From contig CAWDVE010000014.1 in assembly GCA_963805625.1 (NCBI GenBank), forward strand, positions 1 to 64,000: a stretch of DNA of 64,000 nt, given 5' to 3'. Source of the DNA: an uncultured Candidatus Rokubacteria bacterium (GTDB lineage Bacteria > Methylomirabilota > Methylomirabilia > Rokubacteriales > DASRDR01). The translations under genes were made by a program, and so were the position numbers. Under the pieces are notes generated by a model, which had not been told where the DNA came from, did no database searches, and saw only the letters and a program-made list of their open reading frames with translations. The stretch's first letter is position 1. Each line of letters starts with the position of its first letter. Shown here in pieces: positions 19,921 through 30,123 of this stretch.

Positions 19921-21258
19921 TCAGATTCGCGGCAGGACCTTCGTCTCCACCAGTTCCTTTGCCGCATCGTCAAAGATCCCGATGGTCCGATCGATCTCAC
20001 GCTCGGTGTGAGCGGACGATGTCACCCCGCCGGTGTAAGACAGGACGTCCACCCCTCGGGCCCGCAGGGCTTGCTGGATCCCCGACACGATGGGCTTGGG
20101 AATACCCTTGAGCTGCGCGGCATCGAGATCCTTGATGGACGGTTTCCCGATGTAGATGTGAAAGGTTGACGAGTCGCCATAGACCACGCCCGCAACGCCG
20201 CGACGGCTCATCACTTCCTGGAGTCCATGCCGCAGCCGCGCCGCCATGGCATCCGCCTGTGCTTGCGGTGCGCCAGTCGCCACCTCTGTAAGCGTCGCGA
20301 CGCCGGCGGCAGCTGCCAGCGGATTGGCATTGAAGGTCCCACGATGGATGGCGCGCGACCGCTTTCCGCGCACCTCCTCGCGAGGATCAAGAACGCGCAT
20401 GATCTCGACTCGGCCCCCGACCGCTCCACCGGGCAACCCGCCGGTCACGACCTTCGCCAGCGTCGTCAGGTCGGGTGTGACACCAATGCTCGCTTGGACG
20501 CCCCCGGGACCGTACCGGAACCCGGTGATAATCTCATCGAAGATGAGGACGACCCCATACTGCGTAGCCAGCCGTCTCAACTCGGCGTGAAAGCCGGGTG
20601 ACAGCGGCACGGTGCCCCAGGACGCCCCGGACGCCTCGAGGATGACAGCGGCCACATCCCGATCCTTCCGAAGCACCTCCTCCACTCGAGTGGCGTCATT
20701 GGCGGGCAATACGATGGTCGCCTCGATACTCCCCGGGAGGATCCCAAGCGACGGGGCCTCGTAGAATGGCAAGTCCATCCCGGTGGCCAGATGGTCATGC
20801 CAACCGTGGTAGTGGCCTTCGAAGCGAACGATCTTCGTCCGGCCCGTGAACGCACGGGCAATCCGAACGGCCAGCATGGTGGCCTCAGTACCGGAGCCCA
20901 CGAAGCGGACGCGTTCGGCGGACGGAATCAGACGCTGGATCAGCTCAGCCCACTGAAGCTCCAGCGGGTGACAGTTTGAGAAGAATGTACCTTTCGCCGC
21001 TTGATCCTGGATCGCCTTCACTACGGTCGGCGATGCATGACCGAGGAGGAGCGACGCGCTTCCCATCGAGTAGTCGATGTACTCGTTTCCGTCGACGTCC
21101 CACGTCCTCGGACCGTCCGCCCGCTCGATGTATATCGGGAAGGGTGCCGCAAAGCGATTCTCGTGCGACACGCCACCAGGCAGCAAGCCGACCGCCCGCT
21201 CGAACAGGTCCTTCGAACCCTTCCGCGCCCGGTACAAGGTTCCCGCCACACTCTCCAT
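19921..21258 (-). CDS. class-III PLP aminotransferase (glutamate-1-semialdehyde aminomutase-like)
   Basis: WDVDGNEYIDY, SGTEATM, FEGHYHGWHD, FDEIITGFR, TLAK, GTFNANP. Lacks the HemL SPVRA motif. Confidence 0.9.
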   Translation of the reverse strand: MESVAGTLYRARKGSKDLFERAVGLLPGGVSHENRFAAPFPIYIERADGPRTWDVDGNEYIDYSMGSASLLLGHASPTVVKAIQDQAAKGTFFSNCHPLELQWAELIQRLIPSAERVRFVGSGTEATMLAVRIARAFTGRTKIVRFEGHYHGWHDHLATGMDLPFYEAPSLGILPGSIEATIVLPANDATRVEEVLRKDRDVAAVILEASGASWGTVPLSPGFHAELRRLATQYGVVLIFDEIITGFRYGPGGVQASIGVTPDLTTLAKVVTGGLPGGAVGGRVEIMRVLDPREEVRGKRSRAIHRGTFNANPLAAAAGVATLTEVATGAPQAQADAMAARLRHGLQEVMSRRGVAGVVYGDSSTFHIYIGKPSIKDLDAAQLKGIPKPIVSGIQQALRARGVDVLSYTGGVTSSAHTEREIDRTIGIFDDAAKELVETKVLPRI

Positions 21259-21383
21259 CTGCTCCGATCCTCCTCGTTCCCTTTAGCAGCGGCCACTCTC
21301 GGGCCGACAGCTCGGTGTCTCCGGACTGCACAGACTGCCAGCCCAGCGCTTGGATCCCCGACACGCGCGTCGACGAGCGAAGG

Positions 21384-22985
21384 CTAGTTCTTCACCACCG
21401 GGTACAGTCGTACGGCGCCCAGGGGAAAGTATTCATATCCGCTGATGTTCGGCCGTACAACGACCTCGACCTTCCCCTGGAGGAGGTTCACGTAGGGGCC
21501 GTTCTCGACGAGATACGCGAGCAGCTCCTTGTACATGGCCGACCGTCGCTTCGGGTCGAGCTCCGCATCCGCCTTTCGCGTCATGTCCTTGGCCTTCGGA
21601 TCGTCCCACCTGAGCCGGGGCGCAAAGGTGTGGAGGACCATCTGGCCGGCCCAGTCACTCGGTCCGATATAGTCCGGGTTGTTGTACGAGATGACGGCGA
21701 TCTCCATCTTCGCCCGATACTGGGTGATCATGACCGAGTACTCGAGCGGCACGAGCTGAGCCTCGACGCCGATCTTCTTCAGGTCCGACTGGACCTTCTG
21801 CGCCACCGCTTCGTACGTGACGCCGACCGGCGACGGCCCCGTGAAGTACTTCAGCGGAAACTTGAAGCCATTCGGGAACCCCGCCTTCGCCAGCAGTTCC
21901 TTGGCGAGATTCACGTCGAACTTGGGATTGAGCTTGTCGGCGTCGGCTTGGGTCTCCAAGCCGAGGACCCCGATCGAGAAGAGCGCCGGGCCGATGACCG
22001 CCCGGCCCCCCGCCAGCTTGATGAGTCCCGATCGATCCACCGCGTGCCGGAGCGCCTGGCGAACCTCCTTCTTGGCGAACGCCGGATTGAGGGCCGGATC
22101 GACCGTGACACCCATGTACATGTTGTCGAGCGATTGTCCGACGAGGATTTTGACGTTCTTATTGCTTCTCATGGTGGCGGTGAGGTCCGGTGTGATGTTG
22201 ATCGCCACGTCGACATCACCGTTCTCCACCATCAGTTTCTGCGTCGCCGCGGACGTGATGGCCCGGGCGTCGATCTTGGCGAGCTTTGCCGCGCCCTTCC
22301 AGTACGTCGGATTCCGCTCCAGGGTGACCGCTGTGTCCTTCTGCCACCCCTTCAGAACGAACGGACCACTCCCCGCCGAGTTCTGGCTGAGCCACTCCTC
22401 CGCCTTGTCGTCCTTGTCCGCCGTCGCCGCGTCGCTGGCACCGTGCTCTTTGGCGAGCTTCGAATCGAGAATCGAGGAGCTCGGGCCCGCCATGACGGCC
22501 AGCCAGTCCGCGAACGGCTCGTTGAGAACCATCTTGACGGTCAACGGATCTACGATGACAACTTCCCTCAGCGGATCCATCAGCCAGCTCGGGTTGCCCT
22601 TCACATTCTTGAGCCGCATCAGGCTGAACTTCACATCCTCGGCACTGAATGGATTCCCACTCGCGAACTTGACGTTAGGCCGTAGCTTGAAAGTGTACTC
22701 TTTGCCATCCGACGAGACCTTCCACTCCGTCGCCAGCATCGGCACGAATGTATTCAGATCATTGGACCCTTTGTGAGCAAGGAGCTGGTCGTACGTGTTG
22801 CTGTCGATGAAGAACGACATGAACTCAAAGCCGCGACCGGGGTCGAGTGTCTTCGCCTCGGACTGGTCGAGCGCCATGATCAGCGTCTTGTCGCTTCCAG
22901 TCGTTTGGCCTGTCGCCGGCAGAGCCGCCCCAACTACCGTGAGTGTCACGAGCGCGAGGATGACAGACATGCGCGACCGCCCCAT
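21384..22985 (-). CDS. ABC transporter substrate-binding protein, family 5 (DppA/OppA-like)
   Basis: RBS GGAGGAG, signal peptide, LDPG, LATEW..S.DGKEYTFKLRPNVKFASG, GSGPF, VRQAL. Confidence 0.92.
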   Translation of the reverse strand: MGRSRMSVILALVTLTVVGAALPATGQTTGSDKTLIMALDQSEAKTLDPGRGFEFMSFFIDSNTYDQLLAHKGSNDLNTFVPMLATEWKVSSDGKEYTFKLRPNVKFASGNPFSAEDVKFSLMRLKNVKGNPSWLMDPLREVVIVDPLTVKMVLNEPFADWLAVMAGPSSSILDSKLAKEHGASDAATADKDDKAEEWLSQNSAGSGPFVLKGWQKDTAVTLERNPTYWKGAAKLAKIDARAITSAATQKLMVENGDVDVAINITPDLTATMRSNKNVKILVGQSLDNMYMGVTVDPALNPAFAKKEVRQALRHAVDRSGLIKLAGGRAVIGPALFSIGVLGLETQADADKLNPKFDVNLAKELLAKAGFPNGFKFPLKYFTGPSPVGVTYEAVAQKVQSDLKKIGVEAQLVPLEYSVMITQYRAKMEIAVISYNNPDYIGPSDWAGQMVLHTFAPRLRWDDPKAKDMTRKADAELDPKRRSAMYKELLAYLVENGPYVNLLQGKVEVVVRPNISGYEYFPLGAVRLYPVVKN

Positions 22986-23227
22986 GGTTAGCCCCTCCTC
23001 CACACGTAGGTTGCGTCAGTGCCACGCGGGTCTTCCCCGGATGAGAGAGCTAAAGATATCCGAACGAGCCTGTCTGGGCGGCACCCGCGCTGTGCGACCA
23101 CACATCTCCGCCATGACAGAGCGCTCATATCCCCCCCACCCTGACACACGCCGTAGTCGCGCGACACTCGCGCGATGGAAGCAGGCAACGACTGGACCTC
23201 TTCGATACTCCGGGCATCTGGCACGGT

Positions 23228-23285
23228 AGTCTCTGCCGGCGATTCATTCTTGTCAATACCATTACGATATGAGACAGTTTTTCCA
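23228..23285 (-). promoter_or_regulatory. putative sigma-70 promoter with adjacent operator-like site
   Basis: Minus strand TTGACA(23256-51)-N17-GAGACT. TGAGACAGTTTTTCCA at 23270-23285 resembles the 28844-28859 site. Confidence 0.4.
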
Positions 23286-23456
23286 ACTCTCTGCCTGTCG
23301 ACGGCCCAATGTTCGGCGATACTCCTGATCCAATGTCGTGTCAGCATCGAGACCTCACGAGGTTTTGGGGCGACCCCACAAAACGATCTCGCCGCGGGTG
23401 GGTCCGAAGCGAACAGTCACATGATCCCGCACACTTAACACGCTCGAGGAACCATC

Positions 23457-24203
23457 GTGGATCTTGAACTGGGCGGCAAGGTCGCCTTGGTGACGGGAGG
23501 CTCGAAGGGCATTGGCCGCGCCTGCGCGGAGAGTTTGGCAGCTGAGGGCTGCCAGATCGCGCTCTGCGCCCGTGGACCGGAAGCCCTGGAGGTTGCCGCC
23601 CGGGAGCTCACTCGCCGAGGAGCGACAGCGATCACGATCTCAGCGGATCTCTCCGAGGAGACCTCGGCCAGTCGGGTGGTGGCCGAAGTGATCCGCCACT
23701 TCGGTCGATTAGACATCCTTGTGAACAATGCTGGTGCGATCCGGGACGGGGGCTTCTTGGAGACTGCGCTGTCTGTATGGGAGCACGACTGGCGGCTCAA
23801 GCTCACGGGGTATGTCCGGATGGCTCAGGCCGCGCTGCCCCTCATGCGCCTGCGTCGATGGGGGCGCATCATCAATATCGTCGGAACCGCGGCTCGCAAT
23901 CCCATGACCACGTTTATGGCAGGAGGAATCGCGAATGCCGGGCTCATCAACTTCACGCGTGCTCTCGCCGATCTCGGTGCGCCCGATCACATCCTCGTGA
24001 CCGCGGTGAGCCCAGGCCCAACCACCAGCGAGGAGTCGGATCGCGACCAAGTAGGACGCCCGGTCGCCAGTCCCCTTGGCCGCATGGGACGCCCCCGGGA
24101 CGTGGCCGATCTGGTCACCTTTCTCGCTTCGGAACGAGCAAGCTTCATCACGGGGGTCGCCATCACAGTGGATGGCGGGGCGAGTCGCGGCGTCCACCTG
24201 TAG
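23457..24203 (+). CDS. short-chain dehydrogenase/reductase (atypical catalytic motif)
   Basis: TGGSKGIG, LVNNAG, VSPG, VDGG. The YxxxK position reads GGIAN. Confidence 0.88.
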   Translation: MDLELGGKVALVTGGSKGIGRACAESLAAEGCQIALCARGPEALEVAARELTRRGATAITISADLSEETSASRVVAEVIRHFGRLDILVNNAGAIRDGGFLETALSVWEHDWRLKLTGYVRMAQAALPLMRLRRWGRIINIVGTAARNPMTTFMAGGIANAGLINFTRALADLGAPDHILVTAVSPGPTTSEESDRDQVGRPVASPLGRMGRPRDVADLVTFLASERASFITGVAITVDGGASRGVHL

Positions 24204-24271
24204 TCGCGTGTGGAGACGCCTTACGACACCGGCGATGGATCCCTCCAGAGCATCTCCGGCACGGTGAGGTG

Positions 24272-24795
24272 ATGCCTGCATTGCCTCTAGCCCGCGACGC
24301 ACTCGTCGGACCCCCTCCGGGCCAATCGGCGTCGACTCTTTCGGCAGCTCTTCCAGAAGCCGACGGTCGTCCTCGGAGTCATGGTGATGCTCGCCTGGAC
24401 CGTCATTTCGATCCTGGCCCCGGTGATCCGAATGATCCCATCGAGATGAACCTGGATGAACGGCTTGCGCCACCCTCGACGGCCTGGGGAGTGACGTTCT
24501 CTCCCGAGTCTTATGCGGTGGGCGCGTCTCCCTGCCCGTGGCCCTCGTCGTCGTGATCACGGCGTCTGTGCTCGGGACCTTGTAAGAGACGCCCGCAGCC
24601 TATCCGGCGGCTGGTTCGACGAGCTAGCAATGCGGATCGTGGACATGGTGCTCGCCTTCCCATCGCTGATTCCCGCCATGGCGATCGCGGCGGCGCGGGG
24701 CCCGAGCATCCAGAACTCGATGCTCGCGCTGCTGATCGTGTGGTGGCCACCGTATCCTCGCCTCTCTCGCACCCAGGTTCTGGCTCTCAAAGCGC
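24272..24795 (+). pseudogene. degraded DppC-like ABC permease
   Basis: Fragments in several frames: VMVMLAWTVISILAP, DERLAPPS, GGWFDELAMRIVDMVLAFPSLI...GPSIQNSMLALLIVWWPPYPRLSR. Confidence 0.75.
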
Positions 24796-24854
24796 GGTGG
24801 TGTCCGAGATCACTGCTGAGGCACGAATCGTCCAACATCCAACGCTCGGGACGG

Positions 24855-26219
24855 CTACAGCGTGATCCCAGCCGCAAAGGCATGGAAGTCGGGCAACGTC
24901 TCCAGTGTCATACAGGCGTGGTAGAGTCGTTTCGTCGCCTCGTCGCCCCAGATCGGAGTCCCGAGCTCAAAGAACTTTCGCTCCAACTCGCTCGGCTCGT
25001 GCGGGTTGCTCGGCTCACCCTTCGTCACCGTACAGTGCCCTTCAATCGTCGCTCCCCGTTTCAGCCGTAGCGTGACGATGCACCGCTGCTGAGCAGGGTA
25101 CGCCGCGGTGAACGCCGGATCCTCTTCGACACTCACCCGGGCCGCCAACGCCCGAACCTTCTGGTTGGCAACCGCGGCTTCATTGAACGACCCAAGCCCG
25201 GACTGACCGTGGTAGAGAATACTCGCCAATGCGAAGGGGATGGAAAATCGCGCGCCGAAGCTGCTCGTCACCGCCTTCTCGGCGAGGAACGCTGCCATCT
25301 TGTACGCGCGGACGTCGATCACGTCGATCTCCTCGCTATCCAGGCGTCCTCCGGCCACCTTCTTGAGCGCATCCTCCAGCGCATCGATGGCGGAGTGGAC
25401 ATATCGGCCGGTCGGGTGAAGCTTGAAGTATCCGTCCGCCAGCAGCCACTCTCGGCCGAGGCCGGCAACCGCGGTCTCGGGATCAAACCCGTCTGACAGC
25501 ACATGCCCGAAGATCGATCGCACCCCGTCACGCTCCCCCGTGAATCCGGCCTCGACGAGACGAACCGCCATGATTCCCATGAAGCCGCTATGACCAGAAT
25601 AGATGTTCCGGACCGTGGCCCCCTCGAGCAGTGTCTTGCGGCTCGTCGCCATCCCCATGGTCGCGGCAACGTTGATAAGCTCGCGCATCGCGGTCGGAGT
25701 GAATCCTCGCAGACGTCCGACGGCCACGGCCGCGCCGATCACGCCATATGTGCCGTGCGGATGCACCAGAATGCGCGTCTTGGCCGCGCGGCTGATGCGA
25801 GAGCACACCTCGTAGCCGAGCGATGCCGCGAGCAGGAGTTCAGCGCCGGATACGGCACTCTCTTGTGCGACGGCAACGGCGGCAGGCACAACTTGGATGC
25901 CGGGGTGCCCCTTCGCGAATAGGTTGCCCTCATCGAGTTCCAACCATGTCCCCGCAGTACCATTCAACAACGCTGCATCCAACGCGGCGGCTCGGCGTCC
26001 CGTCCCGATTACCCAAGCGCCTCCCGACGCGGCAGTGTCGAGGTGCGCCGCGACGAGCGCCTTCATCTCGTCCACCTGCATTCCGGCCGCAATCACCGGG
26101 AGACAATCCGCCAGCACCCACCGCATGTGCTCATGAGCCCGGCCGCTCAGATCCGAGAGGCGTGCTTCGGCCGCGAAGCGGCCGAGCTCATCCAGGTATT
26201 CGTCTTCACGCGGCTTCAT
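24855..26219 (-). CDS. MmgE/PrpD family protein
   Basis: AALLNGTAG..LELDEG, GHPG, FKLHPTGRYVHSAIDA, FSIPFALA, KGEPSNP. Confidence 0.9.
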   Translation of the reverse strand: MKPREDEYLDELGRFAAEARLSDLSGRAHEHMRWVLADCLPVIAAGMQVDEMKALVAAHLDTAASGGAWVIGTGRRAAALDAALLNGTAGTWLELDEGNLFAKGHPGIQVVPAAVAVAQESAVSGAELLLAASLGYEVCSRISRAAKTRILVHPHGTYGVIGAAVAVGRLRGFTPTAMRELINVAATMGMATSRKTLLEGATVRNIYSGHSGFMGIMAVRLVEAGFTGERDGVRSIFGHVLSDGFDPETAVAGLGREWLLADGYFKLHPTGRYVHSAIDALEDALKKVAGGRLDSEEIDVIDVRAYKMAAFLAEKAVTSSFGARFSIPFALASILYHGQSGLGSFNEAAVANQKVRALAARVSVEEDPAFTAAYPAQQRCIVTLRLKRGATIEGHCTVTKGEPSNPHEPSELERKFFELGTPIWGDEATKRLYHACMTLETLPDFHAFAAGITL

Positions 26220-26282
26220 CACGACGCGCCCTCCACCCAAGACGAGTCAAGGCTGCTGGTTTCCAGACGGCCGGGGGCGGCT

Positions 26283-27716
26283 TCAACAGGCGGCACGCCC
26301 AAGCACTGCTCCATCGATCTTCCGAGGCGTGACGAGTTGTCCGTCACCCAAGGTGCCAGCGAGCCAGCCTCCGTCAACGATGACTTTCCCTCGCAGGATC
26401 GTCATCACTGGCCAACCAGACACCTCCCACCCTTCCCATGGGCTGTAGTCGCTGACGTGAAAATCATCGCGAGTGAGTCGCTTCCTGATCGACGGATCGA
26501 TGATGGCAAGATCGGCGTCGCTTCCGACTTCGATGACCCCCTTCTTCGGAAACATGCCGAAAATCTTCGCGGCATTTGTGGAGGTGACGTCGGCGAACCG
26601 AGCCAGTGACATACCCCGTTTGCCAACACCCTCCGTAAACACGATCCCCATCCGAGCCTCAGCACCCAGGTTCCCGCCCGTTACGTTCTCGACGGTCCTT
26701 CCTCGGAGCTTCAGTTCCAGCGAGGTTGGAAACTCATCCGTCGCCGTGGTCGACACGTCGTCACCGACGAGGCCGCTCCACAGAGCCTGCTGATCCTCAG
26801 GTCCCTTCAGCGACGGATAGGTGTGGTAACAGTAGCCGCGCGGTGTCCTGTACTGTTCCGCCGAAAAGCACGCGTAGTGATGTAACGTTTCCGCATAGAT
26901 GGGTAGGCCGGCGGCCCTGGCTTCCGCCACGGCCTCCACGCCCTCTTTCGCCGAGGTGTGCACGAAATACACCGCCGCGCCCGTCGCTCTCGCCACTTCG
27001 ATGGTGCGGCGAAATGAAAGGAGCTCCGAGAGCTTGTTGTGAATCAGATGCATGTTCCACCCTTCCAACCGCCCCTCGCGCCGGAACTTCTCGTACATGA
27101 ACTGGACCACGTCATGGTCCTCGGCATGGACAGCGAGGATTCCCCCGTGCGATGCGAGCTTCTCCATCGCGAATTGCATGCGCCCGAAGTCGAGGCGGCG
27201 CGACTCGCGTTTGGGGTGGGGCGGCAAAAGGTCCGCCGTGAAGACCTTGAAGCTGGGAAAGCCCTGCTGGATCGCCTCCGGAATCTGATCGAACACGCCG
27301 AGCTCGAGCGCACCGAGCAGAGTGACGTGGAAGGAATAGTCCACGTGCGACTGTCCTCTCCAACGCGCCACCCGTTCCTCCAAGGCGTGTTGCAGATCGA
27401 CACCCGGCCGGATGAAGCAGAAGTCGATGTGCGTGGTGGTGCCACCAAAAGCGAGGCCGCGTGTGTCTTCCTCGGGCCCCAAGGTATAGAACGCCTCCTC
27501 CGGGTGCATGGAGATGTAGTGCGCCAGATGGGTGTGGGGCTCAATGCCTCCTGGCACCACGATCTTCCCTACCGCGTCAATAGATCGGCCGGCCTCACTG
27601 CGAAGTGAACCGGGGGGACCGAGGCTAGCGATCTTCTCCCCTTGAATGCCAATCTCCCACTCTCCCACGCCTTGAGCCGTCACCACCTGGTCACCACGGA
27701 CCACGAGATCGAGCAT
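26283..27716 (-). CDS. cyclic amidohydrolase (dihydropyrimidinase/hydantoinase-like)
   Basis: PGGIEPHTH, GGTTT, SFKVF (carbamylated Lys), HAED, VHTS, TDE, NAAKIFGMFPKKG. Confidence 0.9.
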   Translation of the reverse strand: MLDLVVRGDQVVTAQGVGEWEIGIQGEKIASLGPPGSLRSEAGRSIDAVGKIVVPGGIEPHTHLAHYISMHPEEAFYTLGPEEDTRGLAFGGTTTHIDFCFIRPGVDLQHALEERVARWRGQSHVDYSFHVTLLGALELGVFDQIPEAIQQGFPSFKVFTADLLPPHPKRESRRLDFGRMQFAMEKLASHGGILAVHAEDHDVVQFMYEKFRREGRLEGWNMHLIHNKLSELLSFRRTIEVARATGAAVYFVHTSAKEGVEAVAEARAAGLPIYAETLHHYACFSAEQYRTPRGYCYHTYPSLKGPEDQQALWSGLVGDDVSTTATDEFPTSLELKLRGRTVENVTGGNLGAEARMGIVFTEGVGKRGMSLARFADVTSTNAAKIFGMFPKKGVIEVGSDADLAIIDPSIRKRLTRDDFHVSDYSPWEGWEVSGWPVMTILRGKVIVDGGWLAGTLGDGQLVTPRKIDGAVLGRAAC

Positions 27717-27956
27717 CCTGCCTCCTCCAATCGGTCCGTCGGTCTCTTGGGTTCCGGGATATGGTGATGATACTGAGCGGTCAGCCAGCTAGAATGCCGT
27801 CGGTCTGCCTGGGGTGGCCACAGAAACGCGAGTGCACGGCCGATTTCCCAGTTGAACCCGTGCAGCCGGGCGGCGTTCTCGCCGGCAACCAGCGATTGGC
27901 CAGGCTCTGGCCCATGCCGTGGAGGCGCCTCGAGCCCAGCACGCTACCCCGACGAA

Positions 27957-28706
27957 CTACGGCATGTACGATCCGCCATTCACATGCAGCACCTGGCCCG
28001 TAATGTGGCGAGCGTAGTCCGATGCGAGGAACACCGCCACGTCCGCAATGTCACCAGGATTGGCCATCCGGCCCAGCGGAATAGCTCTCGAGCGCGCCTG
28101 TATCTCCTCCTCGCTATGGCCATAGCGAGGCTGAGCGGTATCGGTCAGACCCGGGGCGATGGCATTGACCCGAATTCGATGCGGCGCTAGCTCCAGCGCC
28201 ATTGCGCGCGTCATCGTCACGATGCCGCCCTTGCTCGCCGAGTAGTGGACACCGCGTACGGCCCCCGCTACCGCGGATGACGCCACGTTGATGATGGATC
28301 CCGCGCGTCTCGCCGCGATCATGGCGCCAGCTGCCGCCTGGGCACAAAAAAAGCTGCCACGGAGATTGATGTCGAGCACGTAGTCCCAGTCGCTCTCACG
28401 CATCTCAAGCATTGCCACGCGCGGGTACATGCCCGCATTGTTCACCAAGATATCGACGCCGCCGAGTTCACGCACGACGGTCTCGACCATAGCGCGCCCC
28501 TCTTCGGTCTTCGACACGTCGCCTGACACAAGCAGGGCGCGCCGGTCGTGGGCGCGAACTCCCTCGGCCACCTTTTCGGCCGCGCCCCGATCGTCAAGAT
28601 AGTTGATGCCCACGTCGGCGCCGTCGCGTGCGAACGCCAACGCCATGGCGCGACCGATTCCCTGTTGGGCTCCGGTCACCAGAACTACCTTGGCATCGAC
28701 CCGCAT
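27957..28706 (-). CDS. short-chain dehydrogenase/reductase (FabG-like)
   Basis: TGAQQGIG, NNAG, YSASK, IRVNAIAPG. Confidence 0.92.
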   Translation of the reverse strand: MRVDAKVVLVTGAQQGIGRAMALAFARDGADVGINYLDDRGAAEKVAEGVRAHDRRALLVSGDVSKTEEGRAMVETVVRELGGVDILVNNAGMYPRVAMLEMRESDWDYVLDINLRGSFFCAQAAAGAMIAARRAGSIINVASSAVAGAVRGVHYSASKGGIVTMTRAMALELAPHRIRVNAIAPGLTDTAQPRYGHSEEEIQARSRAIPLGRMANPGDIADVAVFLASDYARHITGQVLHVNGGSYMP

Positions 28707-28785
28707 CGTCCCTCTATTTCTACCGGCACGGGCCGGATGTCGGCGTTCGCTTACGGTCCCGTCAACCAGATGGCTCCACCGCCAC

Positions 28786-28859
28786 AAGATAGGTTCCGGT
28801 CGGAATCGCTGTCAAGTACAGATATGTTCGTCATTCCCAACACTGAAATCTCAGTTTCA
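28786..28859 (-). promoter_or_regulatory. putative sigma-70 promoter and palindromic operator
   Basis: Minus strand TTGACA(28815-10)-N18-TATCTT. Imperfect palindrome TGAAATCTCAGTTTCA at 28844-28859. Confidence 0.45.
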
Positions 28860-29088
28860 TTCTCATGGGCGCCTTGACGCATCGTCTCCTCTGGGTCACT
28901 GTTCGCATCAGACGTTGAATGCGCTCGAGCTCTGCAAGAGTGGCCGACGACTCGGAGGCGCTGACGTATGCATGGCAGAGACTCACCGACTCGGCCCGGG
29001 CTCGCGGAGTCCAGCGCGTGAAGACGCTCACACCAGAGCTGGTCTACCGACTCGTTCCACCCACCCGCCGTCCGACAAAGTGATCGAC

Positions 29089-30036
29089 CTATGAGCCCTC
29101 GGTATCGATTGCCCTTCCGGCACGAGCGACAACCTTGCCCGCGGAGGATTCATCCGGCACCTCTTCACCCTTCCGTCGGGCCCTGAACAGGTAATTTCGC
29201 TCAGCAAGAAAGTCATCCAGTTGCCTCAGGCGTCCCACCGCCCTCGTGCTCGAACGGGCAGCCACCTCGGCTACGAGGGCGTTCAGTAGCGCCAGAGGTG
29301 CCGCCAAGAAGTCCGTAAAAGACGTTTCCCCCACTTCCGTGTAGAGCATGTGGGTACACAGAGGCGCCAAGGGAGACAGCTCGATGTCGGTCAGACCAAG
29401 GCTCCTAAACCCCTGTTGCTTGCCAAACCTCGCCACGTCGAGCAGTTCCTGCGAGTATCGGGGCAGCGTCATCAGGATTAGGAGGGCCTTCCGATCACTC
29501 AACAGCAGGTCTTCGAAGGTCACGCTCCCCGCGCGCGTATGGAGCGTGACGTCTGGCTTCACCTTCCGCAGGTTGTACCACAGATAGTGCGCCAGCGTCG
29601 CGGCCGCTCGGAACCCAATGACCACGACGGCGGGGGCCTTCACCACTAGACGAACCGCTTGGCTCCACTGAGAAATGTTGAATCGCGACTGGAGCGTCAC
29701 GAGGTTCCGGAGCTCCTGATCAATGACCCGCCCAGCCAGTACGCGGGGCAGCCGCCCGTGGAGACTGGCGGTCAGTCGCTCATCCTGTCGCAGTTCGCTC
29801 CGAACGATGTCATGGAGCGCACGCTTGAACTCCGGATATCCGTCGAAGTCTAGGGAGGTCGCAAACCGCACCACGCTCGCCGGACTGATCTTGGCCGCTT
29901 TTGCCAGCTCTGTGACGCTCATGAACGCCACGTCTTGGTACTGACGAAGAACATACTCCGCCACACGTCGTTGACTTGGCGAGATGGGCCGACGCCGGCG
30001 ATTGAGTAGTGCGACCACGCGACCACGTTCCGACAT
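29089..30036 (-). CDS. MurR/RpiR-family transcriptional regulator (HTH + SIS)
   Basis: SPSQRRVAEY, SVTELAKAAKISPASVVRFATSLDFDGYPEF, SIS motifs IGFR, PRYS, LTD...SPL. Confidence 0.92.
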   Translation of the reverse strand: MSERGRVVALLNRRRRPISPSQRRVAEYVLRQYQDVAFMSVTELAKAAKISPASVVRFATSLDFDGYPEFKRALHDIVRSELRQDERLTASLHGRLPRVLAGRVIDQELRNLVTLQSRFNISQWSQAVRLVVKAPAVVVIGFRAAATLAHYLWYNLRKVKPDVTLHTRAGSVTFEDLLLSDRKALLILMTLPRYSQELLDVARFGKQQGFRSLGLTDIELSPLAPLCTHMLYTEVGETSFTDFLAAPLALLNALVAEVAARSSTRAVGRLRQLDDFLAERNYLFRARRKGEEVPDESSAGKVVARAGRAIDTEGS

Positions 30037-30071
30037 GTCGGACACGTCCTCCCTTCGCTGATCCGCGAGAC

Positions 30072-30100
30072 ACACTAGTGTGCCATGCGATGCCAGTCAA
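30072..30100 (-). promoter_or_regulatory. putative sigma-70 promoter of the RpiR gene
   Basis: Minus strand TTGACT-N17-TAGTGT. Confidence 0.45.
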
Positions 30101-30123
30101 CCCGCAACCAGTCTTGGCACGCA

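Noticed and set aside
19921-21258. hemL assignment
   Set aside because: Lacks the HemL SPVRA motif and sits in catabolic cargo, so it is called only a class-III aminotransferase.
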